Under the pieces are notes generated by a model that was not told the DNA's origin, did not search any database, and saw only the letters and a program-made list of their open reading frames with translations. Below are positions 27,407 to 38,635 of a stretch of DNA of 64,000 nt, piece by piece (the stretch's first letter is position 1; every line of letters begins with the position of its first letter). Both the position numbers and the translations under genes were made by a program. The DNA is from an uncultured Ignavibacteria bacterium (GTDB lineage Bacteria; Zixibacteria; MSB-5A5; WJJR01), in the NCBI GenBank assembly GCA_964593585.1, contig CAZQIZ010000005.1, positions 42,859-106,858 on the forward strand. The letters are read 5' to 3'.

Positions 27407-29113
27407 TTGCTACCAGTTCAGTGGGAGTTTTCCGGCTCGCCGAACGGGGATGAAGCGCGCCATCTGGCCCAGGCCAGCAATCTTCCCCTGCCGATCGCCC
27501 GTCTGCTGTTGTCCCGTCATGTCGACACTCCCGAGCGGGTGCGGCAGTTTTTCGAACCGCGCCTGGGGGAACTGGCCGATCCCTTCATGCTTACCGGCAT
27601 GGACCAGGCCGTCGAACGCCTCGTCCGCGCCATGCGCGAGCGCGAACGCGTCATGGTTTACGGCGACTACGATGTCGACGGGATCACATCGACCTCGCTG
27701 CTTTATCTCGTGCTCAACCGTCTCGGCGCCGAAGTCATCTACTACCTGCCCAACCGTCTGATCGAGGGCTATGGGCTCTCCCCGGACGGCATCGACTACG
27801 CCGTCGACAACGGCGTGGGCGTGATCCTGACCGTCGACTGCGGCATCACCGCCGTCGAGGAGGTCGAATACGCCCGCTCCAAGGGAATCGAGGTCATCGT
27901 CGCCGATCACCATCAGCCCGGTCCGCAACTGCCCGCGGCGGCGGCGATCATCAATCCCAAACTCCTTCCGCCCGGCACCCCCATCGATGATCTCTGCGGT
28001 GTGGGCGTCTCGTTCAAGCTCGCGCAGGCGCTCTACCGCGCTCTGTCGCAGGATGAAAGCGAACTGGAGGAGCACCTCGATCTGGTCGCGCTCGGCACCG
28101 CCGCCGATATAGTGCCGCTGACCGGCGAAAACCGCATCGTCACCAAGTATGGCCTGCGCCAGATCGAACGCTCCAGCAAGCCGGGACTCAAATCGCTCTG
28201 TTTTGTCGCCAGTCTCATGGGACGGCCGATCACCACCGGACAGATTGTGTTCGTGCTGGCGCCGCGCATCAACGCGGTCGGACGTCTCGGCGACGCCAAG
28301 CAGGCGGTGCGCCTGTTGACAACCCGCGACGAAAGCGTCGCCACCGACATCGCCCATCACCTCGAACGGGAAAACCAGAAGCGCAAGAAACTCGACGAGG
28401 AGACGCTCACCCAGGCGCTGCGGCAGGTCAAGCAGCAGTTCGATCCCGACCGCGACCGCGCCATCGTGCTCGCCTCGCCCGGCTGGCATCAGGGCGTGAT
28501 TGGGATTGTCGCCTCACGGCTGGTCGAGCGTTTCCATGTGCCCACGGTGATGATCGCCATCGACGGCAACGAGGGCAAAGGGTCGGCGCGCTCGATTGCC
28601 GCGTTCGACCTCTACGACGCCTTCCGCGAGTGCAGCGATCTGGTGCTGCGCTTTGGCGGGCACAAGTACGCCGCCGGCATGTCGATCGCCAAGGATAAGA
28701 TTCCGGCCTTCATCGAGCGCTTCAAACGCGTCGCGATCGACCGGCTCACCAGCGACGACATGGTGCCGAAGTTGTCCATCGACTCGCGGCTCGATCCCGA
28801 TGCGCTCACCGAGGAGTTCATGGACATCCTCGAGGGGTTCGCCCCGTTCGGGCCGCAGAACACGCGCCCCGTCTTCGTGACCGACAACATCCAACTGGCG
28901 GGCAACCCATTCATCGTCGGCAACAACCACCTGAAATTCCGCATCCGGCGCAACGGTCAGGTCTTCGATTGCATCGGGTTCAACATGGGCGACCGTCTCG
29001 GCTCGCTCGCATCGCACACCGGCACGATTGACTTGGTCTACGTCCCGGAACGCACCGAGTGGGACAACAACAAGAGATTGCAGTTGCGCATCAAAGATTT
29101 CCGGCTGTCGTAA
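27407..29113 (+). CDS. recJ: ssDNA exonuclease RecJ
   Basis: GDYDVDG, TVDCG, DHH, APRINAVGRL, GSARS, FGGH; TTG start. Confidence 0.96.
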   Translation: MLPVQWEFSGSPNGDEARHLAQASNLPLPIARLLLSRHVDTPERVRQFFEPRLGELADPFMLTGMDQAVERLVRAMRERERVMVYGDYDVDGITSTSLLYLVLNRLGAEVIYYLPNRLIEGYGLSPDGIDYAVDNGVGVILTVDCGITAVEEVEYARSKGIEVIVADHHQPGPQLPAAAAIINPKLLPPGTPIDDLCGVGVSFKLAQALYRALSQDESELEEHLDLVALGTAADIVPLTGENRIVTKYGLRQIERSSKPGLKSLCFVASLMGRPITTGQIVFVLAPRINAVGRLGDAKQAVRLLTTRDESVATDIAHHLERENQKRKKLDEETLTQALRQVKQQFDPDRDRAIVLASPGWHQGVIGIVASRLVERFHVPTVMIAIDGNEGKGSARSIAAFDLYDAFRECSDLVLRFGGHKYAAGMSIAKDKIPAFIERFKRVAIDRLTSDDMVPKLSIDSRLDPDALTEEFMDILEGFAPFGPQNTRPVFVTDNIQLAGNPFIVGNNHLKFRIRRNGQVFDCIGFNMGDRLGSLASHTGTIDLVYVPERTEWDNNKRLQLRIKDFRLS

Positions 29114-29158
29114 CTGCCACCGGGAGATCCCACTGTGGCAACCAGAGTCTCAAACTGC

Positions 29159-29236
29159 GTAGACGCGGCTCTTGAGCCGCGGGAGCGCAAGGAAACTCCT
29201 ATCCGCAATCGGCGTAGTGGCGGCGTTTGAGCCGCC
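29159..29236 (+). repeat. Two direct copies of a GTAG-family REP
   Basis: GTAG-AC-GCGGCTCTTGAGCCGC (29159) and GTAG-TG-GCGGCGTTTGAGCCGC (29214). A third copy lies at 54643. Confidence 0.75.
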
Positions 29237-29260
29237 GGTCGCCCAACCATGAGGAAACGC

Positions 29261-29677
29261 ATGTCCGAAAACACCCCCCGCGTCACCGGCATCGGCGGCG
29301 TCTTTCTGAAGGTTAAAGACCCCGCCGCAATGATGGAGTGGTACCGCGAACACCTGGGATTCCCCGCCGCCGGCAGCGATCCCTGGCAGGGGGACAGCTA
29401 CATTGCCTTCCGCTGGCGCGATGACAAAGACCCCGACAAACCCGGTACCACTGTCTGGTCGGTCATGCCGCAGGACTCGGACTACTTCGCGCCCAGCAAA
29501 TCCGCGACGATGCTGAACTACCGCGTTGCCGACCTTCACGCCGTCCTTGCCGCCCTGCGCGCCGAAGGTGTCTGGGTGGCCGACAAGGTCGATGAGTCGG
29601 AGCTGGGCAAGTTCGGATGGATCATGGATCCTGAAGGCAACAAGATCGAGTTGTGGGAACCACCGGCGGGGGCGTGA
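29261..29677 (+). CDS. VOC/glyoxalase family protein
   Basis: RVTGIGGVFLK, MLNYRVADL, GKFGWIMDPEGNKIELWEP; GAGG SD before 29261. Confidence 0.9.
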   Translation: MSENTPRVTGIGGVFLKVKDPAAMMEWYREHLGFPAAGSDPWQGDSYIAFRWRDDKDPDKPGTTVWSVMPQDSDYFAPSKSATMLNYRVADLHAVLAALRAEGVWVADKVDESELGKFGWIMDPEGNKIELWEPPAGA

Positions 29678-29703
29678 GCAGTAGTTTCAACAAGAGGCAC
29701 GAA

Positions 29704-29780
29704 GAGCGGGCTCCGCAGAAGCGTCGCCCTCCTAGGAACTGGAATGAGTTGGGAGGGCGAGGCTTCCGTTGAGCCTGCTC
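29704..29780. repeat. Long REPIN-like hairpin followed by a short U-tract
   Basis: The left arm GAGCGGGCTCCGCAGAAGCGTCGCCCTCC pairs with the right arm GGGAGGGCGAGGCTTCCGTTGAGCCTGCTC; CTTTTCT follows. Confidence 0.7.
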
Positions 29781-29801
29781 CTTTTCTGTGGTACGGAGAG
29801 A

Positions 29802-29853
29802 GTCAAATTTGACAATTGTCTGGTAGCGGCGGCGCAGTCGCCGCCTTTTCTTT
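29802..29853 (+). promoter_or_regulatory. Overlapping palindromes around a TTGACA, then a terminator-like hairpin just before meaB
   Basis: GTCAAATTTGAC and GACAATTGTC are both perfect palindromes; GGCGGCG-CAGT-CGCCGCC-TTTTCTTT ends 9 nt before the ATG. Confidence 0.45.
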
Positions 29854-29862
29854 GCCTGCACG

Positions 29863-30825
29863 ATGACCCTCCTCGACCGCTTCTTTGCCGGCGACCGTGT
29901 GGCTTTGGCCCGCATCATCACCCATGTCGAAAACCGTGCCCCCGGCTACCACGAGGTGCTCTCGCGCATCTTTGCGCACCGCCATGGCGCCTATCGGGTC
30001 GGGTTGACCGGCCCGCCCGGCGCCGGAAAATCGTCGCTGGTCAACCAGCTGGCGCTGATGCTGGCCGGCGAGGGGCACAATGTCGGGGTGATCGCGGTCG
30101 ATCCCTCCAGCCCGTTTACCGGCGGCGCGCTTCTGGGTGACCGGGTGCGCATGAAGTCGCTCTATGGCATCGAGAATGTCTTCATCCGCAGCATGGCCAC
30201 ACGCGGTTCCTCCGGCGGGCTGGCCGCCGCCACGAAAGATGTCTGTGTGGTCATGGAAGGTTTCGGCTTCGACATCGTGTTGATCGAAACTGTCGGCGTC
30301 GGCCAGATCGAACTCGACATCGCCGCCGTCTGCGACACCGTGGCCGTGGTCTTCGTGCCCGAATCGGGCGATGCCATCCAGGCGATGAAATCGGGCCTGA
30401 TGGAAATCGCCGATGTCTTCTGCCTGAACAAGAGCGACCGTCCCGGTTCCGATCGCATCAAGGCCGAACTGGAATCTATCCTTGAAGTGCGCCGCGAGGT
30501 CCGCAAGTCGCTGGGCACATTCTCCGATTGGCACCCGCCGGTGACAATGTCGGTGGCGACCTCGGGGCAGGGGATTCCCGCGCTCTGGGACTCCATCCAG
30601 AAGCACCGTGCCTACCGGGAGCAACGCGACCCGGCCGGGCATTTGCGGCTGCGTGTGCGTTCCGATCTCATCCTGGCGCTGCTTGAGCTGGCGCGTCGCG
30701 AGCTGGATGCCGACCTGCTCGAATCGCCGCGACTCGAGCAGGCGGTCGATCAGATTGTTTCCCGCCACGCCGACCCGTACACGATGGCGCAGAAGCTCTT
30801 CGCCGACTGGCGCGTTCGGGCATAA
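29863..30825 (+). CDS. meaB: MeaB/ArgK G-protein chaperone of B12 mutases
   Basis: GPPGAGKSS, VDPSSPFTGGALLGDRVRM, ETVGVGQ, NKSD. Confidence 0.96.
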   Translation: MTLLDRFFAGDRVALARIITHVENRAPGYHEVLSRIFAHRHGAYRVGLTGPPGAGKSSLVNQLALMLAGEGHNVGVIAVDPSSPFTGGALLGDRVRMKSLYGIENVFIRSMATRGSSGGLAAATKDVCVVMEGFGFDIVLIETVGVGQIELDIAAVCDTVAVVFVPESGDAIQAMKSGLMEIADVFCLNKSDRPGSDRIKAELESILEVRREVRKSLGTFSDWHPPVTMSVATSGQGIPALWDSIQKHRAYREQRDPAGHLRLRVRSDLILALLELARRELDADLLESPRLEQAVDQIVSRHADPYTMAQKLFADWRVRA

Positions 30826-30982
30826 CGCGGTAGCCGCCGAGTGTGCCGCCGCCGGCAACAATATGACAGCCGCGGCGGTATAAACCATTGGACAACATGG
30901 CCCAAGGGGACCATATTTATTCGGTTCAGTTCCGCGCTCGCGTGCGTCGATCTACCCCGAAAAGACAGAGGATGAATCACCC

Positions 30983-32698
<1,716 letters not shown>

Positions 32699-32705
32699 GT
32701 CCTCC

Positions 32706-32785
32706 GTGGCAGCCACAAGTCTGCCGCCCACTTGCCGTCGCACATCCCCTCTCCCCGGAAGGGGAAGAGGGTGGGGTTGTGAGGG
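32706..32785. repeat. REP-like palindromes after the mutase gene
   Basis: GTGGCAGCCACAAGTCTGCCGCCCAC and CCCCTCTCCCC-GGAA-GGGGAAGAGGG-TGGGGTTGTGAGGGG. Confidence 0.55.
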
Positions 32786-32823
32786 GCTAAGACTGACGAT
32801 TTAATTGAAGCCGAACTGACGTG

Positions 32824-33570
32824 ATGGATCAACTGACCTCATACGCATTCTACGGCGGACTGGCGCTGGCGGTCATCGCCTGGGCCATCCACTTCGCCTA
32901 CCATCGCGGGCGCAAGCGAGGAGTCTCCGAGGCCGAGGGGTCGATGGCCGATCTGCCCGAGGTCAAGTGGCTCAACGGTGAGGATTCGCCCACCGGCCGG
33001 CGCTGTCTGGACTGCCGCGCTTACGCCTTAGGCGTTCAGTTGGTCACGCAGGACAAGGAAGCCCTCGAACGATTCAGCGAGAACTGCGCCTCCGACGGCA
33101 GCGAGATTGAGGGGAAGTCGCCCGACAACGCCTGGCTGGTCGCGGTCGACTGGAGTTTTGATTTCGAGCAGGCCGAAGCGATCACCGGGGGGATGCGTCC
33201 GCAGGTCGCCGAAGACATGTGGATGATCGACTGCATCGGCGCGCGCATCTACTTCCGCCGGAGCTGGTCCGGGCAACTGGTCTTCATGTCCAATTTCTCG
33301 CGTATACCGTCGGCTGGCGCCCGGATCACGCGTCTCTGGGTTCCGGGCGTAGAGCCGTTCGACCAGCAGACTCCCGAGTATCTGGCCGCGTATGTGCGCC
33401 ATCTGGTCGACACGCATTTGTTGGGCACCCTGACACCCTTCCCGATTCCGCTCGATTTTTCCGGCGACGATGAGAAGATTGCCCAGTTCGTCTTCCACTC
33501 CGTCGGACGGCGCGGCTGGCTGGCGGAGTACTTCAAACCCGACGAGCATGCCAAGGACATACACGAGTAG
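32824..33570 (+). CDS. Membrane-anchored hypothetical protein
   Basis: N-terminal TM; CLDCRAY motif; C-terminal [10 protein letters not shown]...[13 protein letters not shown] segment; normal codon usage. Confidence 0.75.
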   Translation: MDQLTSYAFYGGLALAVIAWAIHFAYHRGRKRGVSEAEGSMADLPEVKWLNGEDSPTGRRCLDCRAYALGVQLVTQDKEALERFSENCASDGSEIEGKSPDNAWLVAVDWSFDFEQAEAITGGMRPQVAEDMWMIDCIGARIYFRRSWSGQLVFMSNFSRIPSAGARITRLWVPGVEPFDQQTPEYLAAYVRHLVDTHLLGTLTPFPIPLDFSGDDEKIAQFVFHSVGRRGWLAEYFKPDEHAKDIHE

Positions 33571-33574
33571 CCCT

Positions 33575-33988
33575 ATGCAGAAAATCCGCATCCTCCTCGC
33601 CAAGCCCGGCCTCGATGGCCATGATCGCGGCATCAAGGTGATCGCCGCCGCCCTCCGTGACGCCGGCTTTGAAGTGATCTACACCGGCCTGCGCCAGACC
33701 CCCGAACGCATCGTCGAAGCCGCCATCCAGGAGGATGTCGACTTCATCGGCATGTCGATTCTCTCCGGGGCGCACATGACGCTTTTCCCCGAAGTCCAGC
33801 GCCTGCTGAAGGAATGCGGCGCCGCCGACATTCACCTCTTCGGCGGCGGGATCATTCCCGACCAGGAAGCGGCGGAACTCGAGCGGCAGGGGATCGGCAA
33901 GTTGTTCGGGCCGGGGACCACCACGCAGGACATCATCGCCTATATCAAGAAGGTCGCCGCCGGGCGCAAACCCGAATCGGTGATGTAG
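33575..33988 (+). CDS. Cobalamin-binding small subunit of acyl-CoA mutase
   Basis: [11 protein letters not shown] (DxHxxG), [30 protein letters not shown]. Confidence 0.96.
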   Translation: MQKIRILLAKPGLDGHDRGIKVIAAALRDAGFEVIYTGLRQTPERIVEAAIQEDVDFIGMSILSGAHMTLFPEVQRLLKECGAADIHLFGGGIIPDQEAAELERQGIGKLFGPGTTTQDIIAYIKKVAAGRKPESVM

Positions 33989-34003
33989 CCCCCCACAACA
34001 GAC

Positions 34004-36751
34004 TTACGTCTCGGCGAGGATGGCCACCGCCTCGCCGAGGTCGGCGTTCATCAGCAAATCCAATGTGTGACCGCCCGAGGCGCGGCGGACATCGATGAGA
34101 CGCACCGTTCCGGCCAGGCGCTCGTAGTCGGGCAGCACCTTGGTGAGGAAGTTCTGCGAGCCGGTGAAGAATTCCTCTTTCCAGGCGTTGTCGGGTTCAT
34201 CCGGGTACAGCGGCAGGTAGTGGATCCCGGCTTCGACAAGGTCTTGGAAGAAATGGGTGCCGTAGGAGACCTCCGGCACATAGTCGCCGGTGCGGCGCGC
34301 GATTTCGATCAGCGCCGCGGTGTTGTTGATGTCGGAATAGGTGACGCTGACGCCCAGACGGATGTCGCCGCGGCTGCCCCAGCGGCCCGGTCCGATCAGG
34401 ATGAACTTGCGGCGGGGGAGACGCTCGTTGAGCATGCCGACCACCCGCCCGACCGCCAACAAGTCGCTGCGATCCGACAGCCGCTGGTATTGCTGCGGAT
34501 CCACGTAGACAATATGGGTGATCCCGTTGATCTGACCGTTGGGCACATGGCGCCGCGCCGAGAAAATCACCCTGCCGGGCGCGATATCCTTGGGGATTTC
34601 GGCCGCGGTGAACGCCGCCGGGGAACTCTGCGCCCGGCATTGCAGGATGTAGAGGTCCTTGCCGTCGGAGGCGAACTCGATGTCGATCGGCGTTCCGATC
34701 ACTTCTTCCAGCGTGCGCAGGGTCGCGCCGATGCGGCGGACGAAGTCGGAGCGTTCGCTTAAGCCAAGAAAAGTGACGGCGAAGTCTCCCTGGCTGATGT
34801 CGACATGGAAACCGGGCGGACGCAGCATCCCGGCCGGGTCGACGATCGACACGATCTGGTCGAAGGCGGGAATGTCGTCGGCATAGCGACGAAACAGCGG
34901 CGCCAGGGGCACAGTCTCGAAGGAGTTGGATTCGAGGTTGATCAAGTCGATGTGCTTCGGCGAATAGCGCAGCGCCTCATCGACCGAGACATTGGCGCGG
35001 ATGCGCGGCTGGCCGGGAGCGATCAGAATCGGGTAGTCGTCGCTGAGACGGTCCACTGCGCGGGTTCCCAGCCCCGGCACGATGCGGACCAGTCCGTCCT
35101 CGCGCCGGATGCGCGGCGACCAGCGGAATTCGTTGCGGCTGAAGGCCACCCCCGCATAGGCGGGCAGGAAGTAGGGCCCGATCTTTGTCCCGACCACCTC
35201 CTGGAGAATGATCCCCATCTCCTCGGAGAAATCGATCAGCCCGCGCTCGATCCGGTACTCGATCGGATCGGGGCCGAACGTGGACGCATAGACTTCGGCG
35301 ATCGCATCGGTGAGCGCTTTCATCCGCTCCTGCTTGGTGCCCTGGTTGGCCAGAAACAGACTCTTGTACTTGCCGGCGAAGGCCGCCCCCATCCGGTCTT
35401 CCAAAAGACTCGAACTGCGCACGATCAGCGGCTTGTCGCCGAAATCATCCAGCGCCATCGACAACCCCTTGAGCACATCGGGCGGGAAGGGCGATTGGCG
35501 GAACAACTGGACCACGTGCGGGTACTCCTGGCGAATCTGATCGAGGTCCTTGTACTTCTGCTCGACCAGGTCATCGAGATCATTGTAGTGCATGAAATGG
35601 AGGATCAGATCCGACGTCAGATGCCAGGTCTTGGGAATGCGGATGCCCGCCAGCAGGCCCGTTGGATCCGGCGAACGCTTCAGGATGCCGGCGGCCAGGT
35701 AGAGCCCCGCGCTCTTGCCGCCGAGACGACCATGGCTGTCGGTCGAGAAGACCAGCCGCGAAAGAAGGTCATGGAAATCCGCTAACTCCATGTAGCGCTT
35801 GGCGCAGTTGATGTACTCCAACTGTTCTGAGAGGAAACGCCGGATCAGCGCCACCTCGACCCCGCGCTTGGTCGTCGAGGATTCCGACGGCGCCGGGGAG
35901 GCCAGCAACTGGTACCGACGGATCGCGTCGGCCACCGCCGGCAACGGGACCTGCCGGCTGATGATCATCGACAAGACGCTCAGTTTGTCTTCCTGGATCC
36001 AGCGGCGCAGATCGGCGAGCAGCTCTTCCTCGGGCTGGTAACGCGCCGCGATCGCAAACAATTCGTCGCTCATCTCGCTTAAGCGGTGCGGCGAGGGAAC
36101 CGCGCGCTGCGGGCGGTTGGGATCGTCATCGGCGGTGGCCTCCGTGCCGGCCTGCAGACGGCGGCGCAGCTCGTCGGCCTCGGGAATACCGGCCAATGCC
36201 AGACGTGTCAGCATGCGACGGCAGACGCGCAGGTGCAGATCGCGGTCGGTCTGCCGCAAGAGTTCGAGCACCACATGCCACTCCGGCTGCGTTTGCGCGG
36301 AGGCCGTGGGCGCCGTGTCGGCCCCGGCGGCCGTGCGCCGCGCCTCCCGGTGTCCAAGATGCTGCCCCAGCCGCTCGGCGATCACCTGCAGCAGCCGCGA
36401 CTCCTCCGGCAGAAACGGCGCGTCCTCCGTCCCCGGCGCGGACTGCATGTAGAAGATTTGCAGCGCGCCGGCCGGACGACCGTTGATCAGGATTGGCGCT
36501 TCCAGTTTCCATGGCGTGTCATCGAACTCGCGATCCTGATAGGTCTGCTTGTCCAGCACAACACGCGCGCGGCACAGGTCGGGGAATTGCCACCCGGCCG
36601 GGATGGTCTTCACCAACCGCCGGCAGATCCCGGCGGCGTCCAATTCATCATGCCGCAGGATCTCCTCGACGTCATACAGGCAGTTGAGTTCCTTGGCCCG
36701 CTCGCGCAGGGCATCCAGCAGTCGTTCTGTCGAAGGATTGGGGTCGCTCAT
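34004..36751 (-). CDS. GAF-like + PEP/pyruvate-binding (PPDK_N ATP-grasp) protein lacking a pyruvate-binding barrel
   Basis: N-terminal RERAKELNCLY sensory-type region; LGGKSAG, PLIVRSSSLLED, FAGKYKS, YILQCR; C-terminal GPGRWGS...SYGTHFFQDL. Confidence 0.85.
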   Translation of the reverse strand: MSDPNPSTERLLDALRERAKELNCLYDVEEILRHDELDAAGICRRLVKTIPAGWQFPDLCRARVVLDKQTYQDREFDDTPWKLEAPILINGRPAGALQIFYMQSAPGTEDAPFLPEESRLLQVIAERLGQHLGHREARRTAAGADTAPTASAQTQPEWHVVLELLRQTDRDLHLRVCRRMLTRLALAGIPEADELRRRLQAGTEATADDDPNRPQRAVPSPHRLSEMSDELFAIAARYQPEEELLADLRRWIQEDKLSVLSMIISRQVPLPAVADAIRRYQLLASPAPSESSTTKRGVEVALIRRFLSEQLEYINCAKRYMELADFHDLLSRLVFSTDSHGRLGGKSAGLYLAAGILKRSPDPTGLLAGIRIPKTWHLTSDLILHFMHYNDLDDLVEQKYKDLDQIRQEYPHVVQLFRQSPFPPDVLKGLSMALDDFGDKPLIVRSSSLLEDRMGAAFAGKYKSLFLANQGTKQERMKALTDAIAEVYASTFGPDPIEYRIERGLIDFSEEMGIILQEVVGTKIGPYFLPAYAGVAFSRNEFRWSPRIRREDGLVRIVPGLGTRAVDRLSDDYPILIAPGQPRIRANVSVDEALRYSPKHIDLINLESNSFETVPLAPLFRRYADDIPAFDQIVSIVDPAGMLRPPGFHVDISQGDFAVTFLGLSERSDFVRRIGATLRTLEEVIGTPIDIEFASDGKDLYILQCRAQSSPAAFTAAEIPKDIAPGRVIFSARRHVPNGQINGITHIVYVDPQQYQRLSDRSDLLAVGRVVGMLNERLPRRKFILIGPGRWGSRGDIRLGVSVTYSDINNTAALIEIARRTGDYVPEVSYGTHFFQDLVEAGIHYLPLYPDEPDNAWKEEFFTGSQNFLTKVLPDYERLAGTVRLIDVRRASGGHTLDLLMNADLGEAVAILAET

Positions 36752-36932
36752 AGGGGTCGCCGACCGAATGCGACGCCGAACAATCGGCGCGCGCAAACGG
36801 CATTTCAAGATAAGAGGTCGGAACCGGCGCGGCGAGTCTCAAGCGGTGACCGGCGCGCTTTTGTCGGACACAGAAAGCGGCCGGAACGGTGGTCCCGTTC
36901 CGGCCGTGTCGTCCTGGACCTGAAAGTCGATC

Positions 36933-38219
36933 CTACACCCAGCCACGGGCGCGGCAGGCGTCGGCCACGCGGCTGATGGCGATGAAGTAGGCCGCGTCGC
37001 GCATGTACAGTTTCTTCTTACGCGCCAGCTCGCTCACCGCCAGATAGGCCGCGGTCATCGTCGTGTCCAGCTTCGCGAGGACCTCGTCCTTCTGCCAGAA
37101 GTAGTTCATGTTGCATTGGACCTGCTCGAAATAGCTGCAGGTCACGCCGCCGGCATTGGCCAGAAAATCGGGTATCACGAAGATGCCCCGCTGCGCCAGC
37201 ACCGCGTCGGCGTCCGGCGTCGTCGGGCCGTTGGCGCCCTCGGCCACCAACTTCACCTGCTTGGAAATCCGTCCGACGTTGTCGCCGGTGACCTGGTTTT
37301 CCATCGCCGACGGGAAGAGGATGTCGACATCCTGCGCGATCCAGGCGTCGCCCTCGAGGACTTCGTATCCGAGTTTCTGTGCCTGGGCCTTGTCGATGCC
37401 GCCGAACCGGTCAGTGATGCCCAAAAGCTCGTCGAGGTTGATTCCCGAATTCCGGCGGAAACCGAACGCCTTCTGCGACGATTGGTCCCAGCAAGCGACA
37501 CAGATGACCTTGCCGCCGAGTTGCTGATACAACTTGATGGCGAACTGCCCGACGTTGCCGAAGCCCTGCACGCTGGCGGTGGTCTTCTCGATTGGGATGC
37601 CCAGTTCGCGCAACGCCTCGCGCACGGTGTAAACGACGCCATAGCCGGTGGCTTCGGCGCGGCCGAGCGAGCCGCCCATGCCCACCGGTTTGCCGGTGAT
37701 CATCCCCGGGCGCCGTTCGCCGACGATTGTTTCGTATTCATCCAGCATCCACAGCATGTGCTGGGCGTTGGTCATGACATCGGGCGCCGGCACATCGCGA
37801 TTCGGTCCGACGTCGTGGGCCATCTGACGCATCCAGCCGCGGCAAATGCGCTCCTGCTCGCGGTCGGACAGATGATGGGGATCGCAGATCACGCCGCCCT
37901 TGCTGCCGCCCAACGGGATATTGACCACCGCGCACTTCCATGTCATCCACATCGACAGCGCGCGCACCGTGTCGATTGTCTCATGCGGATGGAAGCGCAG
38001 TCCGCCCTTGCCCGGGCCGCGCGCGTCGTTGTGCTGCACCCGGAATCCCTTGAAGACCCGCACCGTGCCGTCGTCCATGCGCACCGGAATGCTGAAGTGG
38101 TACTCGCGCAACGGCTCGCGCAACAGCGCGCGGGTGGACGCGTCCAGCCCCAGGGCGTCGGCGGCCTTGTCGAATTGCGCCTGCGCCATGGCGAACGCGT
38201 TGAATGGCTTTGTGCTCAT
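36933..38219 (-). CDS. gdhA: Glu/Leu/Phe/Val dehydrogenase (glutamate dehydrogenase-like)
   Basis: GPGKGGLRFHP, MTWKCAV, GGSKGG, DVPAPDV, ITGKP, QGFGNVG, EGANGP, ANAGGVTCSYFE. Confidence 0.95.
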   Translation of the reverse strand: MSTKPFNAFAMAQAQFDKAADALGLDASTRALLREPLREYHFSIPVRMDDGTVRVFKGFRVQHNDARGPGKGGLRFHPHETIDTVRALSMWMTWKCAVVNIPLGGSKGGVICDPHHLSDREQERICRGWMRQMAHDVGPNRDVPAPDVMTNAQHMLWMLDEYETIVGERRPGMITGKPVGMGGSLGRAEATGYGVVYTVREALRELGIPIEKTTASVQGFGNVGQFAIKLYQQLGGKVICVACWDQSSQKAFGFRRNSGINLDELLGITDRFGGIDKAQAQKLGYEVLEGDAWIAQDVDILFPSAMENQVTGDNVGRISKQVKLVAEGANGPTTPDADAVLAQRGIFVIPDFLANAGGVTCSYFEQVQCNMNYFWQKDEVLAKLDTTMTAAYLAVSELARKKKLYMRDAAYFIAISRVADACRARGWV

Positions 38220-38390
38220 GATCGGTTTCTCCTCGCGGGATTCCCCCTGAATCCCGCCCCCAAGGATACGATGTGCTGCGCCGGGAGTGTACCCTTCTCC
38301 AAGTCTCCGTGACACCCGGCACCCGAATTTGACACGCTGTGCCATGAGGGCCCCTGCGCACGTGTCCGGCGACGAAAATGGGACATTGTC

Positions 38391-38405
38391 GCAGTGTTTT
38401 TGCCA
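38391..38405 (-). promoter_or_regulatory. Putative sigma54 -24/-12 site upstream of gdhA
   Basis: The minus strand reads TGGCAAAAACACTGC (GG-N10-GC). Confidence 0.35.
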
Positions 38406-38635
38406 TTGTATTCATCGTCGGGATACATGCCCACACCGAAGCGTCCACCTTGCCACTGACCGTGATTGCTCCGCCAATTGTCATTTGTCCGCGGCGCGTT
38501 GTCGGCAAATCCCTGATCCTGAATGACATAAACATTCCGCGCCCGCTCGGCCGCGCTTGATTTTGACTTCCGCAAATCTTAGCATGCGACTCTTCGCCGC
38601 GTGGGGCGGCAGACGACAGACGGAGGGATAAACGC

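Noticed and set aside
29678-30982. Cobalamin riboswitch upstream of meaB or the mutase
   Set aside because: I could not find the B12-box or the conserved GGGAA/GCCACTG elements; the hairpins are better explained as REP or terminator structures.
34004-36751. Calling this ORF PEP synthase (ppsA)
   Set aside because: It lacks the C-terminal PEP/pyruvate barrel and the canonical TSHAAI phospho-His loop.
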